From NCBI GenBank assembly GCA_964016885.1, contig OZ024741.1, positions 139,872,001 to 139,936,000 of the forward strand: a stretch of DNA of 64,000 bases, written 5' to 3'. Positions 14,654-26,126 of this stretch are shown here, piece by piece (the stretch's first letter is position 1; each line of letters starts with the position of its first letter). This stretch comes from Eledone cirrhosa (taxonomy: Eukaryota). The position numbers and the translations under genes were made by a program. The notes under the pieces are model-generated. The model was not told the origin of the DNA, did no database searches, and worked only from the letters and a program-made list of their open reading frames with translations.

Positions 14654-14658
<5 letters not shown>
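13466..14658. mobile_element. Non-coding foldback element (family E) with ~510-580 bp imperfect inverted arms
   Basis: 13466-13978 is the inverted copy of 14078-14658. The terminus TCAATCAATTTC(T/A)AGTTGATAT occurs at ~14007 and ~14636. Flanked by (TA)n on both sides. Confidence 0.8.
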
Positions 14659-14729
<71 letters not shown>

Positions 14730-14854
14730 AGGGTAAACATTGATGCAATTCAATTCAAGCACTCAACGTACTTTTTCCACATAGGAGTGACGGAGTAAAT
14801 ATCGAATAAGGAAACGTGAAGTAGTTTCAGATGTTCAAGTCCTTTAATAATAAT

Positions 14855-14928
14855 GCTGTGATATATATTTCAATGACGACACTGGCCACACTGTTCTGTG
14901 TGTGAGTGTCGTGTCATCATCAGGCAGC
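14855..14928 (-). ncRNA. Minimal type I hammerhead motif
   Basis: rc: gctgc CTGATGA tgacacgacact...agtgtcgtcatt GAAA tatata TC acagc. Long stem II, palindromic stem III, and a C-A mismatch closing stem I. Confidence 0.7.
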
Positions 14929-15076
14929 TTGTTATATAATAAGGTTATGTTTCCGAGGCAATCCAAATTGAATCGACATGGGAACGGATGAATTGCGTGC
15001 TTTTGGGTTTTTCATCCGTTCCCTTGTGAGTACCAATTAACCCCCCCCCCCCCGGTCTGTGCAAGCGCGTGTCCGA

Positions 15077-16370
15077 AGGAAGTTCACCATTAGCCACCGC
15101 AGATTTCAATGAAATTCGCTTAGTCAGTTCACCCTCTCAGCCAAACAATGGCCCACCCATGCCTGTACCGTATTTTATTGCTACCCATCACGTATGTGGC
15201 AGTCAGCCGAAAGCCAGAGGGGATGGGAGAGTGTTAGTTTTTACAGGTCATAATACTACCTCTCACTAAGCGTTGACAGTACGACTGACCTATCAACTCA
15301 TCAGGGAAAATAAACGTAATTCTAGGTATCATGGTTTTACATTGGAAGTTAAGAGTGAGAGTTGGAAATAAAAATTAAAAATTAAAATCCTAAGTCAAAT
15401 ATCAGAAATTATAAATTAAACAATTAAAAAATTAAAAAATTAACAATTAGAAATTAAAAATGAGCTACCCTGGAAATTCCCTCTACCATGGGGATGGAAA
15501 CCCCTGACACTGGACGGAAATAATAGTAATTTTCGGCAGGATAAATACGCGGAAACAAAAAATAAGATAAACCCCTAATTTCCTGCACCAAATCGCATTT
15601 GAACAGAAGCCCCCCCAATTCAATCTTCAATACATGGACGGATGGACAATCATATGGATCATTTTGCATATATGTACTCTGTGTTTTTGTATTTATTCAC
15701 TATTGGTTCTGTTCTTTTCTTTTGTGTACTTTATGTCTGTTTTTCTTTGATTTTGTTCCATGTGATGGAAATTATGACTGTGTACGAGATTGACTAATGC
15801 CTTGAACCCTGTAGTTTGCCCTCCGTTATAATGCACGGCACTGTCGTTCAATATGTGGATAGAGTAACTGTGACACTAGAACTCCTCTCAGAAATTATTA
15901 CTTAAACATCTCTCTCCATATTATTTACTCGCTTCAATCTATATTTTTTACTCACCTCAATCCGAATTATCACTAGAAAAACTTTTTAATTTTTTTATTT
16001 CTAATTGTTAAATTTTTAATTTTTTCATTGTTTAAATTATAAATTCTGATATTTGATTTAGGATTTTAATTTTTAATTTTTATTTCTAACTCTCACTCTT
16101 AACTTCCAATGTAAAACCATGATACCTAGAATTAAGTTTATTTTCCCTTATGAGTTGATGGTCAGTCGTACTGTCAACGCTTAGTGAGAGGTTGTATTAT
16201 GACCTGTAAAAACTAACACTCTCCCATCCCCTCTGGCTTTCGGCTGACTGCCACAGTCGTGATGGGTAGCAGTAAAATACGGTATAGGCATAGGTGGGCC
16301 ATTGTTTGGCTGAGAGGGTGAACTGACTAAGCGAATTTCGTTGAAATCTGCGGTGGCTAATGGTCAACTT

Positions 16371-16373
<3 letters not shown>
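15077..16373 (+). mobile_element. PLE-like terminus (family C) with a ~385-bp inverted terminal copy
   Basis: 15077-15460 and 15981-16373 are high-identity inverted arms. The right arm ends at (TA)n, as in the other PLE families here. Confidence 0.7.
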
Positions 16374-16418
<45 letters not shown>

Positions 16419-16421
<3 letters not shown>

Positions 16422-17757
16422 TTTCTGAATTTGTTTAGCAAGATTCTTTATCTGAAAACGTGTGTTGAAACCGATATTGTCATACTTTGGGAGGGTCATG
16501 TTGCCAATAAGAAACACACGCACCAGTTAATTTCACTCCAATGTATTATAAGTTAAATTAAATTATATATTTAAGAATGTATAAATTTCCGGTTGGTTGG
16601 TTGGTTCCATAACCGGACGGTTGTTCATATATTGTCGAAGTTCTTTCGTCACACATTATGTGACCTCTTCAGTGACTGGGTCTTCTTTTCTTTGTTTTGT
16701 GCTTCTCTTTTGTTCTGTCCTACGCAATCTGGTTTTTGTGTGTGTTGTGTGCTTAGTTTGCGCATGTGTTACATCCGGGTGTCTGTGTGTGTTTATATTT
16801 GTTTATTGATTTGTTTATTTACATGTTACTAGTTGGTTGTTTGTTCTATGTGTGTGTGTGTGTGTTTTCATTTTGTCCTTAATTGTAAGTTGTGATGTTG
16901 CTATTCCATTCATGTTTTCTATTTAATTTTGGTTGGAGTTCATTTATGTTTATTGCCTCTGTGATTTGTCTAAACATTGCGTCTTTTCTGTGTGTAGATT
17001 CTATTTTTATTTCTATGTTCTCTAATTTGCCCTTATCTACTATTTTAGCATGTTGGTGGAGTATTGATGATTCTTTTTTATCTTGAAGTTCTCGCCAGTG
17101 TTCATTTAACTGTTCTCCTATACTACGAGCTGTCTCACCTATGTACACTATATTCTTATCTTTACATTGTCCTTCAGCACATCTTATGCTATATACTGCA
17201 TCTCTTGTTTTACTGTCAATATGGGGGCTTAGTTTACAGATTATGCATTTCTTATCTATACAGGGAGGTCTTTGAAAAGGGTATGTATTGCTAATATGTG
17301 TTTTTATGGAGGTACCTGGTCTTTCTACTATCTTAATATTAAGTTTTAAGTTTATCTAGGGCCCTTCTAAATTTGTAAGCTAATTCAACTCTAGGTTGTA
17401 TTGATGAACATTACACTCTAGTATTTATTGCTATCATACCATGAGTTTATTCTATTAACCTTATTCATAGTTCTTTCTATTCTATTCCAAAATTTGCTCC
17501 TATACCAGGGGCAGGTCTCATTTGTATCATTATTTAACATTTTTTCCCATTTGGTTCTGGCTCCTCTATATACTCTGATTTTATCTCTCTGATTGTAACC
17601 ATAGAAATGCATACGGTGGATGAAGTGTTGTATATGTCTCTCTAGTTCTTTGGGGTTGCACATGCGGGACACGTTTCTCATCACCCGTAGCAAATCAGCC
17701 ATCAGTATATTGATTTTGGTGTAATCCGCAACAGCTGAGTTTCGGTGGATCAAATAT
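16419..17757 (-). mobile_element. 5'-truncated Penelope-like element, family B (RT thumb + GIY-YIG, frameshifted)
   Basis: Minus-strand ILMADLLRVMRNVS..RMHFYGY..CPWYRSKFW..ER and YIGETARS..EH...RQITEAINI..LNRKHEWN (16879-17148). The 3' UTR carries an HHR and ends at (TA)n. Confidence 0.85.
16634..16676 (-). ncRNA. Minimal type I hammerhead, family B
   Basis: rc: gtca CTGAAGA g-gtcaca-taatg-tgtgac GAAA gaac TT cgac. One stem I mismatch relative to the 53456 copy. Confidence 0.75.
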
Positions 17758-17826
17758 TTGAAGAGGTCACAGAATGTGTGACGAAAGAACTTTGACAATA
17801 TATGAACAACCCACCAACCAGAAATT
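17758..17826 (+). repeat. Inverted partial terminal repeat of family B (5'-clipped HHR)
   Basis: TGAAGAGGTCACAGAATGTGTGACGAAAGAACTTTGACAATATATGAACAAC is the inverted copy of 16620-16671, placed at the 5' truncation point. This is a PLE hallmark. Confidence 0.85.
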
Positions 17827-18205
17827 GATGTTCCTAGGATGGTTTGATCGGCGGTGGATGTAGTGCAGATTGTCATTAGGTTTCCTGTATGGGTAGTACA
17901 GGTCGTTTTCGAGGTCGAGGGTCACGTCCAGGAAGTTTACTCTGGTCAGGGACGTTTGTAGGGTTATTTTAAATCCCCAGTCGCGGAAGAATCTGATTAA
18001 TTGTTTCCGGACCCGATCTGTACTACTGGGGTTGTACCCTTTAAGGGTAAGGAGCCCATCATCACGGTACAATCCACCACCGAAAGCAGGAAACATATCA
18101 GTGAGTTTGGCTATTAGGAATAATCCTATAAGATCTGTGACCTCCGCCGAATCCGTGGCGCCCATGCTGACGTCGAAGGGTGAGTCGGGAGCTCTTTTTA
18201 TCCAT
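17827..18205 (-). mobile_element. Inverted 5' segment of PLE family A (RT motifs with intact YRDD)
   Basis: WIKRAPDSPFDVSMGATDSAEVTDLIG...GGLYRDDGL...VNFLDVTLDL...YYPYRKPND is homologous to the RT at 57000-57400. Confidence 0.9.
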
Positions 18206-18233
18206 TACTTTTTATCCATTACTTTTTATCCAT

Positions 18234-20396
18234 TACTACCCATACAGGAAACCTAATGACAATCTGCACTACATCCACCGCCGATCAAACCATCCTAGGA
18301 ACATCACAAACAACCTGGTCAAAAACATCTCCCTCCGCATATCCCGTTTGTCAGCTAATGAGCGGATATTCGATGAACATGCGCCTTATTACAACCAGGC
18401 CCTCAAGCGGAGTGGTTTCCGGGAGGAAATATCCTACTGTCCAGCTCCCATTAGCGGAACCAGGAGGAGACACTGCCGCTCACGCAATGTAACATGGTTC
18501 AATCCTCCCCACAACGCAGAGGTGACAACTCCCATCGGGAAACTATTCTTTAGGCTCATTGAAAAATACTTCCCATTACAACACCGCTACCACAACATAA
18601 TAAACAAAAATACCATCAAACTCTCTTACAGCACTACACCAAACTTCGCACAAAACATCGTCTCCTCTAACAACAAAAAACTCAACCCCGATGGCAGAAA
18701 TAACCTAAATAGCAGTGGAGAACCGACCAGGAGGTGTAACTGCCCGGATAGATCTATTTGCCCACTCGACAATAGATGCAGAGACCGTAATGTGATCTAC
18801 CAGTGCAACGTGAGGACGGATACCTCCAACAAAGCCTATATAGGACTTACCGCATGTGACTTCAAGACCCGGCTATACCAACATAGACATACCTTCCGAA
18901 ACCCGGCCCGGCGTCACGCCACTACACTTTCGGGCCACATATGGGACCTCAAGGACAACAACATCACCTATGATCTCACTTGGAGATTACTGTCCAGAGC
19001 CAATTCTTACACGGGAGGACGCCGTCCGTGCAATTTATGCTCGGAGGAAACTTTACAAATGCTGTTTTCGACGGACCAACTCCTAAACAAGAAAGATGAA
19101 CTGGTTACTGCATGTAAACATAGATTGCGTAGGACTTACCTCGCCCTCAAACCCCATAATGACCCGGGGGGGTAGACTAGGGCTATAACACCCCACTTGC
19201 CGATTTTGCAATGGGTAACCCCTGCTTGCCAAGGGAGACGTAAGATCTTCTTTGTATTCTTTTATCGCTTCCTTTATTTCCTTCCTTCCCCCCTCTCTCC
19301 TTAGTCCTTCTACCCCAGCTCTTCTCCTTTGTCGGCGTCTTTTCTCGCCCACCCGAGGCTGCCCTTTGGCCCCTTGTAGCCTTAGTACCCCCACCCCCTC
19401 CCCTAGTCTAGGATAGATTTGGCGGACTCCGCCCTTTATAGTAGTTGGTTTAGACCCCGGATACTTGTCCCCTTTTTCCGACCGCTCCCACCATTCTCTG
19501 TGCCCTCTATATTTCTTAGTGGCACTTATGCCTTATTTTTTCGTTTCAGTATTTCTTTCTTCGCTTTTCTTTTGGGCGGGGTGGATTCTGAATTTATTCT
19601 TCCGTATTTTACCTTTACTTCGTACGAACTTTCATGTAGCTTGTTTTAGATCTTTTAGAGTTAGCATTAGTATATATTTTTCCCGGGACTCAGAATTATT
19701 ATCTCGTATTAGTTCATTTTGCGGCACTGGGTGGTTGCTGGAATTGTTCCCGGGATGGAAACCTTTATTGTTTATTTCGTGGTAGTCTCTTTAGTATTTT
19801 GGCCCCTTTTGTTGACCCGTCACCGTATCATTTACGTACTTATACCTCTTAAAAGGGTCCTCGCCTAATCCGTCCCACCTAGTTCTTTTACTTATTTCGT
19901 TATTTCTTTATTTCTTTCTTTACTTCTTTCTTTATTTATTTATTTATTTATTCTAGACTAACATTAGCTAGAGACCTAGGTCGTAGAATTTAATTTACTT
20001 TACTTTTTTCTTTACACTCATTTGTTTTTCTTTACACGTATTTTTTCTTTCCTATATATTTCTACCCCCCATTGTTCTACCTACCGTTCCGACTTCCTCC
20101 CCCTCCCCCTCCCCTGTATCTTCTTTGACCTCATGCCCAGCTGTAGCTGGCACTACAAACGCTTGATTGGGGCTACTCCACCCCTCCCCTCTTTCTCCTA
20201 CTGGCAGGTTTAGCCACCATCTCCCCTACTAATTTGCAACCACAGAATTACTACTGATTTTTGACAATCACTTTGACCATATATGGAATTACCCCTTGAG
20301 AAGATCGGCTATTTAAATACCAGGATAAATTTTCATTTAGTCCAGAATTAGCCGTCGAAACGGCTTGAGCTCAGCTGTCGGGGTCTTACTGGTTCC
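18234..20396 (+). mobile_element. Penelope-like element family A, forward segment (thumb, CxC linker and GIY-YIG ORF ending 19175; 3' UTR; HHR terminus)
   Basis: Uninterrupted frame: HPRNI..RISRLS, TWFNPP, CNCPDRSICPLDNRC, VIY..YIG, CNLC, LNK. Ends at (TA)n. Confidence 0.92.
20291..20384 (+). ncRNA. Type I hammerhead with compensated U3-A8 core (family A)
   Basis: acccc TTGAGAA ga-t-cggcta...tagccg-tc GAAA cggct-tgagctc-agctg TC ggggt. GUC cleavage predicted after 20379. Confidence 0.8.
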
Positions 20397-21404
20397 TATA
20401 TATATATATATATATATATATTTTTATGTATTTATGTATTTATGTATGCATATACAGTTACATACACAGTTTGTGTGCGGAGGAATATGTAGCAGTGTAT
20501 CAACTTCATACTTACTTTTTTTCAAAGTAAACGTTACAATAATACTTTCGTATATGTACTATTCTATTATATAATAGATACATTTTTATGTGTGTTTTTG
20601 TATGTATTTGTGTATGTTTGACTGTATATGTCTATGTGTGTGTTGAATGAAATTCAAAGCATGTTTGGCCATCATATTTTCTGAAACTCCAATTGTTTGC
20701 AAGAACTATGAACTATAATATACAAGTTTTTGAATTTCTAAGAGACTACATGATTTAAATATTCGAAGTGTTTCCATGAACTGTCAAAAACAAATGTCAA
20801 TTTGACGCATTTGTTTCTATATCTGATGAAAACGCTAGAAAGGAATAATTATTTTAGCAAAATTATACATTATATATCGGCAAATCATTAAAGCTGATGT
20901 TATACTATAGAATGTTTAATTTTCGAAAAGTCTATAACATTTTTTAAGCAATCGTATGACTGGAGAAGCTGTTATGTCCTAAATTTATATAAGTTTGTAA
21001 TAGTTATTCGTGCCATGGTATTATAAATGTGACATATGTTTACTTCTACGATGTCACTGTCTTCATACACCTTTATTGAAGAATATCTCTATTATAGATT
21101 TACAATGTGTTAAATGTTAGAGTTTAGATATTTTATGAAATGGTCACTCGAAATGATAGCAGCAATTGCTAAAACTCCTTTAAATTAAACGCCACCATAT
21201 TTAAACACGAATCATGCATACAGAAATATAGTCCAGAATATCACTAGGACGGTAGTATATTCAGAAGTGAAACCCTTTCATGATGGATCTAGTCAGTCAG
21301 GACTGATCTGTGGCTAATCAATAGCTTGGAAACTGGAGATTTACTCGAAGAATGTTTCAGTGGATTATATCAATCCATTGTATCTGGCCAGAGAAATTAA
21401 AATG

Positions 21405-21596
21405 AGAAGAAGAAGAAGAAGAAGAAGAAGAAGAAGAAGAAGAAGGAGGAGGATGAGGAGGAGGATGAGGAGGAGGAGGGGGAGGGGGTGGGGAGGGGGG
21501 TAGAAGAAGAAGAAGAAGAAGAAGAAGAAGAAGAAGAAGAAGAAAAAGATAAAGAAGAAGAAGAAGAAGAAGAAGAAGAAGAAGAAGAAGAAGAAG
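21405..21596. repeat. (GAA)n/(GGA)n polypurine tract
   Basis: Seen directly. Confidence 0.95.
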
Positions 21597-22019
21597 GGTG
21601 AACTGAGAATGCATAGATTCCGAACACATAGTCATTCAATCCATTGTTCTGATAGCAGTCATTTCATTGCCTGTGTGTTAATTTAGAACACAAACACGTC
21701 AGTGCTACGTTAAAAATATGTCACGAAACGCATTTCTATATATCTCATCAGTTAGATGTTCGTCCATATATTTAATATATATGCCGTGGTTAATAACATC
21801 GTGTTACTTTCAAATCTACAACATTAATTATTTCTTCCAGGTGTAGTACTTTTTTGTGGTCGAATGACTAACTTACGGGAAATAAACACAGACAAAGGGA
21901 CACAATTAATTATACACACACAGGCCCACATCCCCCACGCATCCCCCATATGTATATATATATATATATATATATTTACTATTTGTAACTTGTACTACTG
22001 CGTTATTGTTTTTTATATT

Positions 22020-22060
<41 letters not shown>

Positions 22061-22815
22061 ACACATATACATATATATATATTTATAGTGTATACAATGT
22101 TACTGCTTGCAAGGCATTGTATGAGACACTATAATTTCCTTCGAATAAATGTTATGTTATATGGTAACAATTGCGTCTAATTATTTTCTATGTATATGTC
22201 TGCGGACAGTTTTCCTTTGATGACGGAAGACTAGCTTCCAGTGTAGTCTTAAGTGAGGACAGTTGCTCAATTGATTATTTCCACTCTATTCTTCCGGTAA
22301 ATGATATCGAATGTTGGATTGAATGAATCGAGCCATTCTTTCAGGATGTCTGCCGCTAGGTTTCTAACGACCTTAACGTTAGACGTTATGCGATCATTCC
22401 CTAGTTTATTTAATGACTGATTGAGGTAAGCTATGATACTTAACAAATGGTGCGGAAATTTGTGTTTGGTTTCTCGTATGCTTTGGCTCTATGGATTTGT
22501 TTGCCCAATCAAATTCATTTTCAATCATTTAATACTTCGAATCATCCCATTTGTAATTACAATGATATGCAGACAACAATGTATAATTTGTGTCTATTCA
22601 AGCCATTCAGAAAATGGAAAAAGTAACATTTCGCGTGAAATAGCGTCTGATTTATCTTTCAGACTGGATTTGTAATCAATGTGAAACATCTCATCTTCTT
22701 TATAGCTTCTTAATTCAGTTTATCAAATGTTTGAACTCTCTTTGTTGATACAATAGTTTCCTCGGATCCTGTTGATCCATATATATTTATCAATGAGTAT
22801 TCTCTATTCTTTCAG

Positions 22816-22950
22816 TTGGATACAGCACTAATGATATAATCTATATATGGGCCCGTGGTTCAGACTCAGTGGAGGTTACAGATGTCACTATGACTCAGTT
22901 TGAAATGAGAGGATTAAAAGTTGGAAACCATACTCTTTATAAAAATCAAG
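22816..22950 (+). CDS. Internal coding exon of a Cys-loop ligand-gated ion channel, GABA-A/GRD-like (loop B to pre-loop C)
   Basis: Pyrimidine tract plus AG at 22814-15 and GT at 22951; 135 bp, phase 1-1. It encodes xGYSTNDIIYIWARGSDSVEVTDVTMTQFEMRGLKVGNHTLYKNQ(G), matching the GY-T-D-I-Y-W...QF pattern and exon borders of GABA-A/glycine receptors. It lacks the loop-C Cys of GlyR/GluCl. No other exon was found. Confidence 0.85.
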
Positions 22951-23499
22951 GTAAATGATAAGTTTATATTTCAATTTTCACAAGGTTTTCAGTCGTATAT
23001 ATGTTGATTAATTATTAAGAGTTGGCGTATGCTTAAATGTTTAGAGTCCAAGCCTGGTATGATTGTCCTAGAATGTTACTCCTATGACTGAACGACTTTT
23101 CGAGTCACAAGCTCAAGAAATGTTTTTCTAGGAAGTCCAGTAGTCGCCCGTACATGTAAATATTTCTTCTCTACGCACTAATATTGTGCATCTCAAAGGC
23201 ACAAGTCGGTGCAAATTGGCAACGGTATAGCGGTAACACATTTTCCACCGATGAGAGAACTGGTATAACGTGAAATAAAATATCCAGCTGTAGGATACAT
23301 AGCGTTAATTTAACCGCGAATTATATTCACGATTAAAGGAACATGTTCCCAGCAATCAAACCTCTAAACTAAACACTTTTATTCATTCTAAGCAGAAATT
23401 CTTAAAATAAAGTTATTGATATTTAAAAAATGTCAGTTTATAAGACAAATATATTATTTACATTACAAAACCCTTCATAAAATACATTTATCTATAAAT

Positions 23500-23680
23500 G
23501 TAAATTAATGTCGATGAAAAATATTGGAGATGTAAAATTTATTAAGGAAATAATAGAACACTATTAATAATTCGATTTGTTTTTATTGAAGGAAATATAG
23601 AGAAGTTTTGTTTCTGTTTAATATTACTATTTCCTTCATAAATTTACACCTTCAATATTTTTTATCGACATTAAATTATA
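23500..23680. repeat. Small imperfect inverted repeat (MITE-like)
   Basis: TAATGTCGATGAAAAATATTGGAGATGTAAAATTTATTAAGGAAATA pairs with TATTTCCTTCATAAATTTACACCTTCAATATTTTTTATCGACATTA. Confidence 0.7.
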
Positions 23681-24358
23681 TGCTTTCAAAATGAATATCC
23701 CTGTGATACATATGAATAATTTTTTTTGAGAAGGGTGTTATTATTTCCGGACTATATTTTCGGTCTTTTGAAATGAAGCAAGTTCATGACGATAATTTCA
23801 TAGACATTTATTTGAAGTTTTAGTGCAAATAAATGTTTACCAAATATACAATAATATAAAGACAATGTTTACGTTTTACTGATATAAACATGTGTTTCTT
23901 TTCAAATAAATGTTTAAATATATAAATTATCATTCATTTTCAAAACGGTGTGTTATCATATAATAACAATTTTCGGTTTTGATTATTTGGGTTTTCAGGC
24001 AGTCCGCATTCTCCTTTTCAAATATTTCAAAATTCATTTTCCAATGACAAAATTCGACAATTTATTCATGTAACCAAAATTAAAATAAAACTAGAATAAA
24101 AATAATTACTAATATTATACAAGTGTGGTTTGGTGCAAATCGTGAAATGGCATCGAATTCTGTTTCAAATTTGGCAATTAAAATTTCAATTTTATCGTGG
24201 CACCAAACTAAACCCAGTATGCATTCCAACAGGCATGGACACTTACATGTAGATGGACACAGGAGGCATCTTCACATAATTTGGGTAGTCAACCTTGTAC
24301 AAATCATCCCTCCACCGCCTTCAGCATAGCCAAAATTTTGCAGAGACAATGAGAGAAA

Positions 24359-24437
<79 letters not shown>

Positions 24438-24470
24438 GGAGAAAGCTGTACAGTAGGATCTCTCTCTCTC

Positions 24471-24545
<75 letters not shown>

Positions 24546-24587
24546 TGACGAAACATAAGTCAATTGCATGAACTCATAATCCTTTAT

Positions 24588-24647
24588 TTACTTCTATATG
24601 TGTTTCGATGATAGCTATTGAATGGCTATGACCTCATCAGGCAGTTA
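24588..24647 (-). ncRNA. Minimal type I hammerhead motif (degenerate)
   Basis: rc: taactgc CTGATGA ggtcatagc-cattcaata-gctatcatc GAAA cacata TA gaagtaa. Stems I and III are partly decayed. Confidence 0.55.
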
Positions 24648-25300
24648 GTCAGTTCTTAGATATGCCAGCTCTGTGTTTATAGTGTTGATGGTATCAGAGC
24701 CTTGGGACATATGAGCTTGTTAGGAATAATTTAATGTTGTCAGCAGGAATAGTCTTAATTCTCATTGGTCAGTTTGTAGATACTAGTAGGGTTGGTATTT
24801 GACCTCAAAGACGCAGGTGGTGTTGTAAAGTTCAAAGCGTCAGGCAAGATGACAATAGGTCCATATGACTGATTTTCACAAAAAGCATTCCTGGTCAGAT
24901 ATATATTCAATTAAGGTTAATAGTATGAAATAGATACTACAGGTTATTCTTAAATTGAGGAATTTATGTGGAGTGGTGCTACTGAAAATTATGGTTAGAG
25001 TAGAAAATTTACAAATAAAAAGACTTATGTAGGTTGGCTTGCACGTACACTCACACCCACCTCCACAGACACACACACACACATCCACACATACAAATTG
25101 AGGAATTAATGTGGGGTGGTAATACTTAAAATAATGGTTAGAGTCAAATACTTAGATAGTTTAGAAAATTTAGAAATAAAATCCTTATGTTGGCTGACTT
25201 GTACATACACTCACACCTACCCCATCAGACACACACACATCTACACACACAAATCCATACAGGTGTGTATATATATATATGTACGCACAAGTATATATAT

Positions 25301-25334
<34 letters not shown>

Positions 25335-25520
25335 AAATATATATATATATGAAATATATATATATATATAAAATATACATACATATAAAATACACACATA
25401 TATAAAATATACATACATACATATATATATATAAAATACACATATACATATACATATATATAAAAAATATATATATAAAATACACATATATACACAGATA
25501 AAATATAAACATATATACAC

Positions 25521-25560
<40 letters not shown>

Positions 25561-25595
25561 CAGGTTCAATAAAACGTGGTTTTGATGACTCCTAA

Positions 25596-25658
<63 letters not shown>

Positions 25659-25678
25659 GTATTCCCGTCGGAAATGTA

Positions 25679-25735
25679 CATTCTGACGACTGAAGACAGA
25701 CATGACATCTGCCTTCAAGAAACCACTGGTAAATG
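25679..25735 (+). ncRNA. Minimal type I hammerhead in a ~115-bp island between (TA)n tracts
   Basis: catt CTGACGA ctgaagacaga-catgaca-tctgccttcaa GAAA ccactgg TA aatg. GUA site with a near-palindromic stem III. Confidence 0.75.
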
Positions 25736-26004
25736 AAATAATAATCTTTTGTGGTTCATTACATAACTATATATATATATATATTTAAGGGTAAACGAGA
25801 TATCGTTTTGGGTTTCCTAAGTTCATAGGTATGTGTACGTCTATCTGTGCCTTCAGGTGTATCTAACCTGGCCAATCTAGATTGAATAATTGTTTAGAGG
25901 GCCGAAATATACTTATTGAGAAGTTATGTAAGAGTTAGAAGGGTGAGCGTGTGTGCATGCTCCCGCAGGTATGTTTTATTTACCGTCAGAAATCCAGGGT
26001 ATAG

Positions 26005-26060
<56 letters not shown>

Positions 26061-26075
26061 GTTTTAATATAGATG

Positions 26076-26126
26076 AGATTCTACAGGACTAGAACTGTTT
26101 CATTCTTTAGAAATCGTCAGGAATCT
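26076..26126 (-). ncRNA. Type I hammerhead, family D (inverted terminal copy)
   Basis: rc: agattc CTGACGA tttctaaagaat GAAA cag-ttctagtc-ctg TA gaatct. Confidence 0.85.

Noticed and set aside
15255-15310. Minus-strand CTGATGA followed by a perfect 8-bp hairpin in the family C arm
   Set aside because: It is followed by GCTT rather than GAAA, has no stem I, and the other arm reads CTTATGA. Not called an HHR.
16445-16490. CTGAAAA...GAAA...GTC HHR-like string (similar at ~6800-6835)
   Set aside because: Uncompensated G8A, weak stems, and antisense to family B.
17418-17876. 152-aa ORF as a gene
   Set aside because: A chimeric reading across family A, the inverted B tip and the B thumb region.
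20820-20845. CTGATGA...GAAA (also minus-strand cases near 557, 21746 and 30608)
   Set aside because: No stem I/II/III pairing; chance matches.
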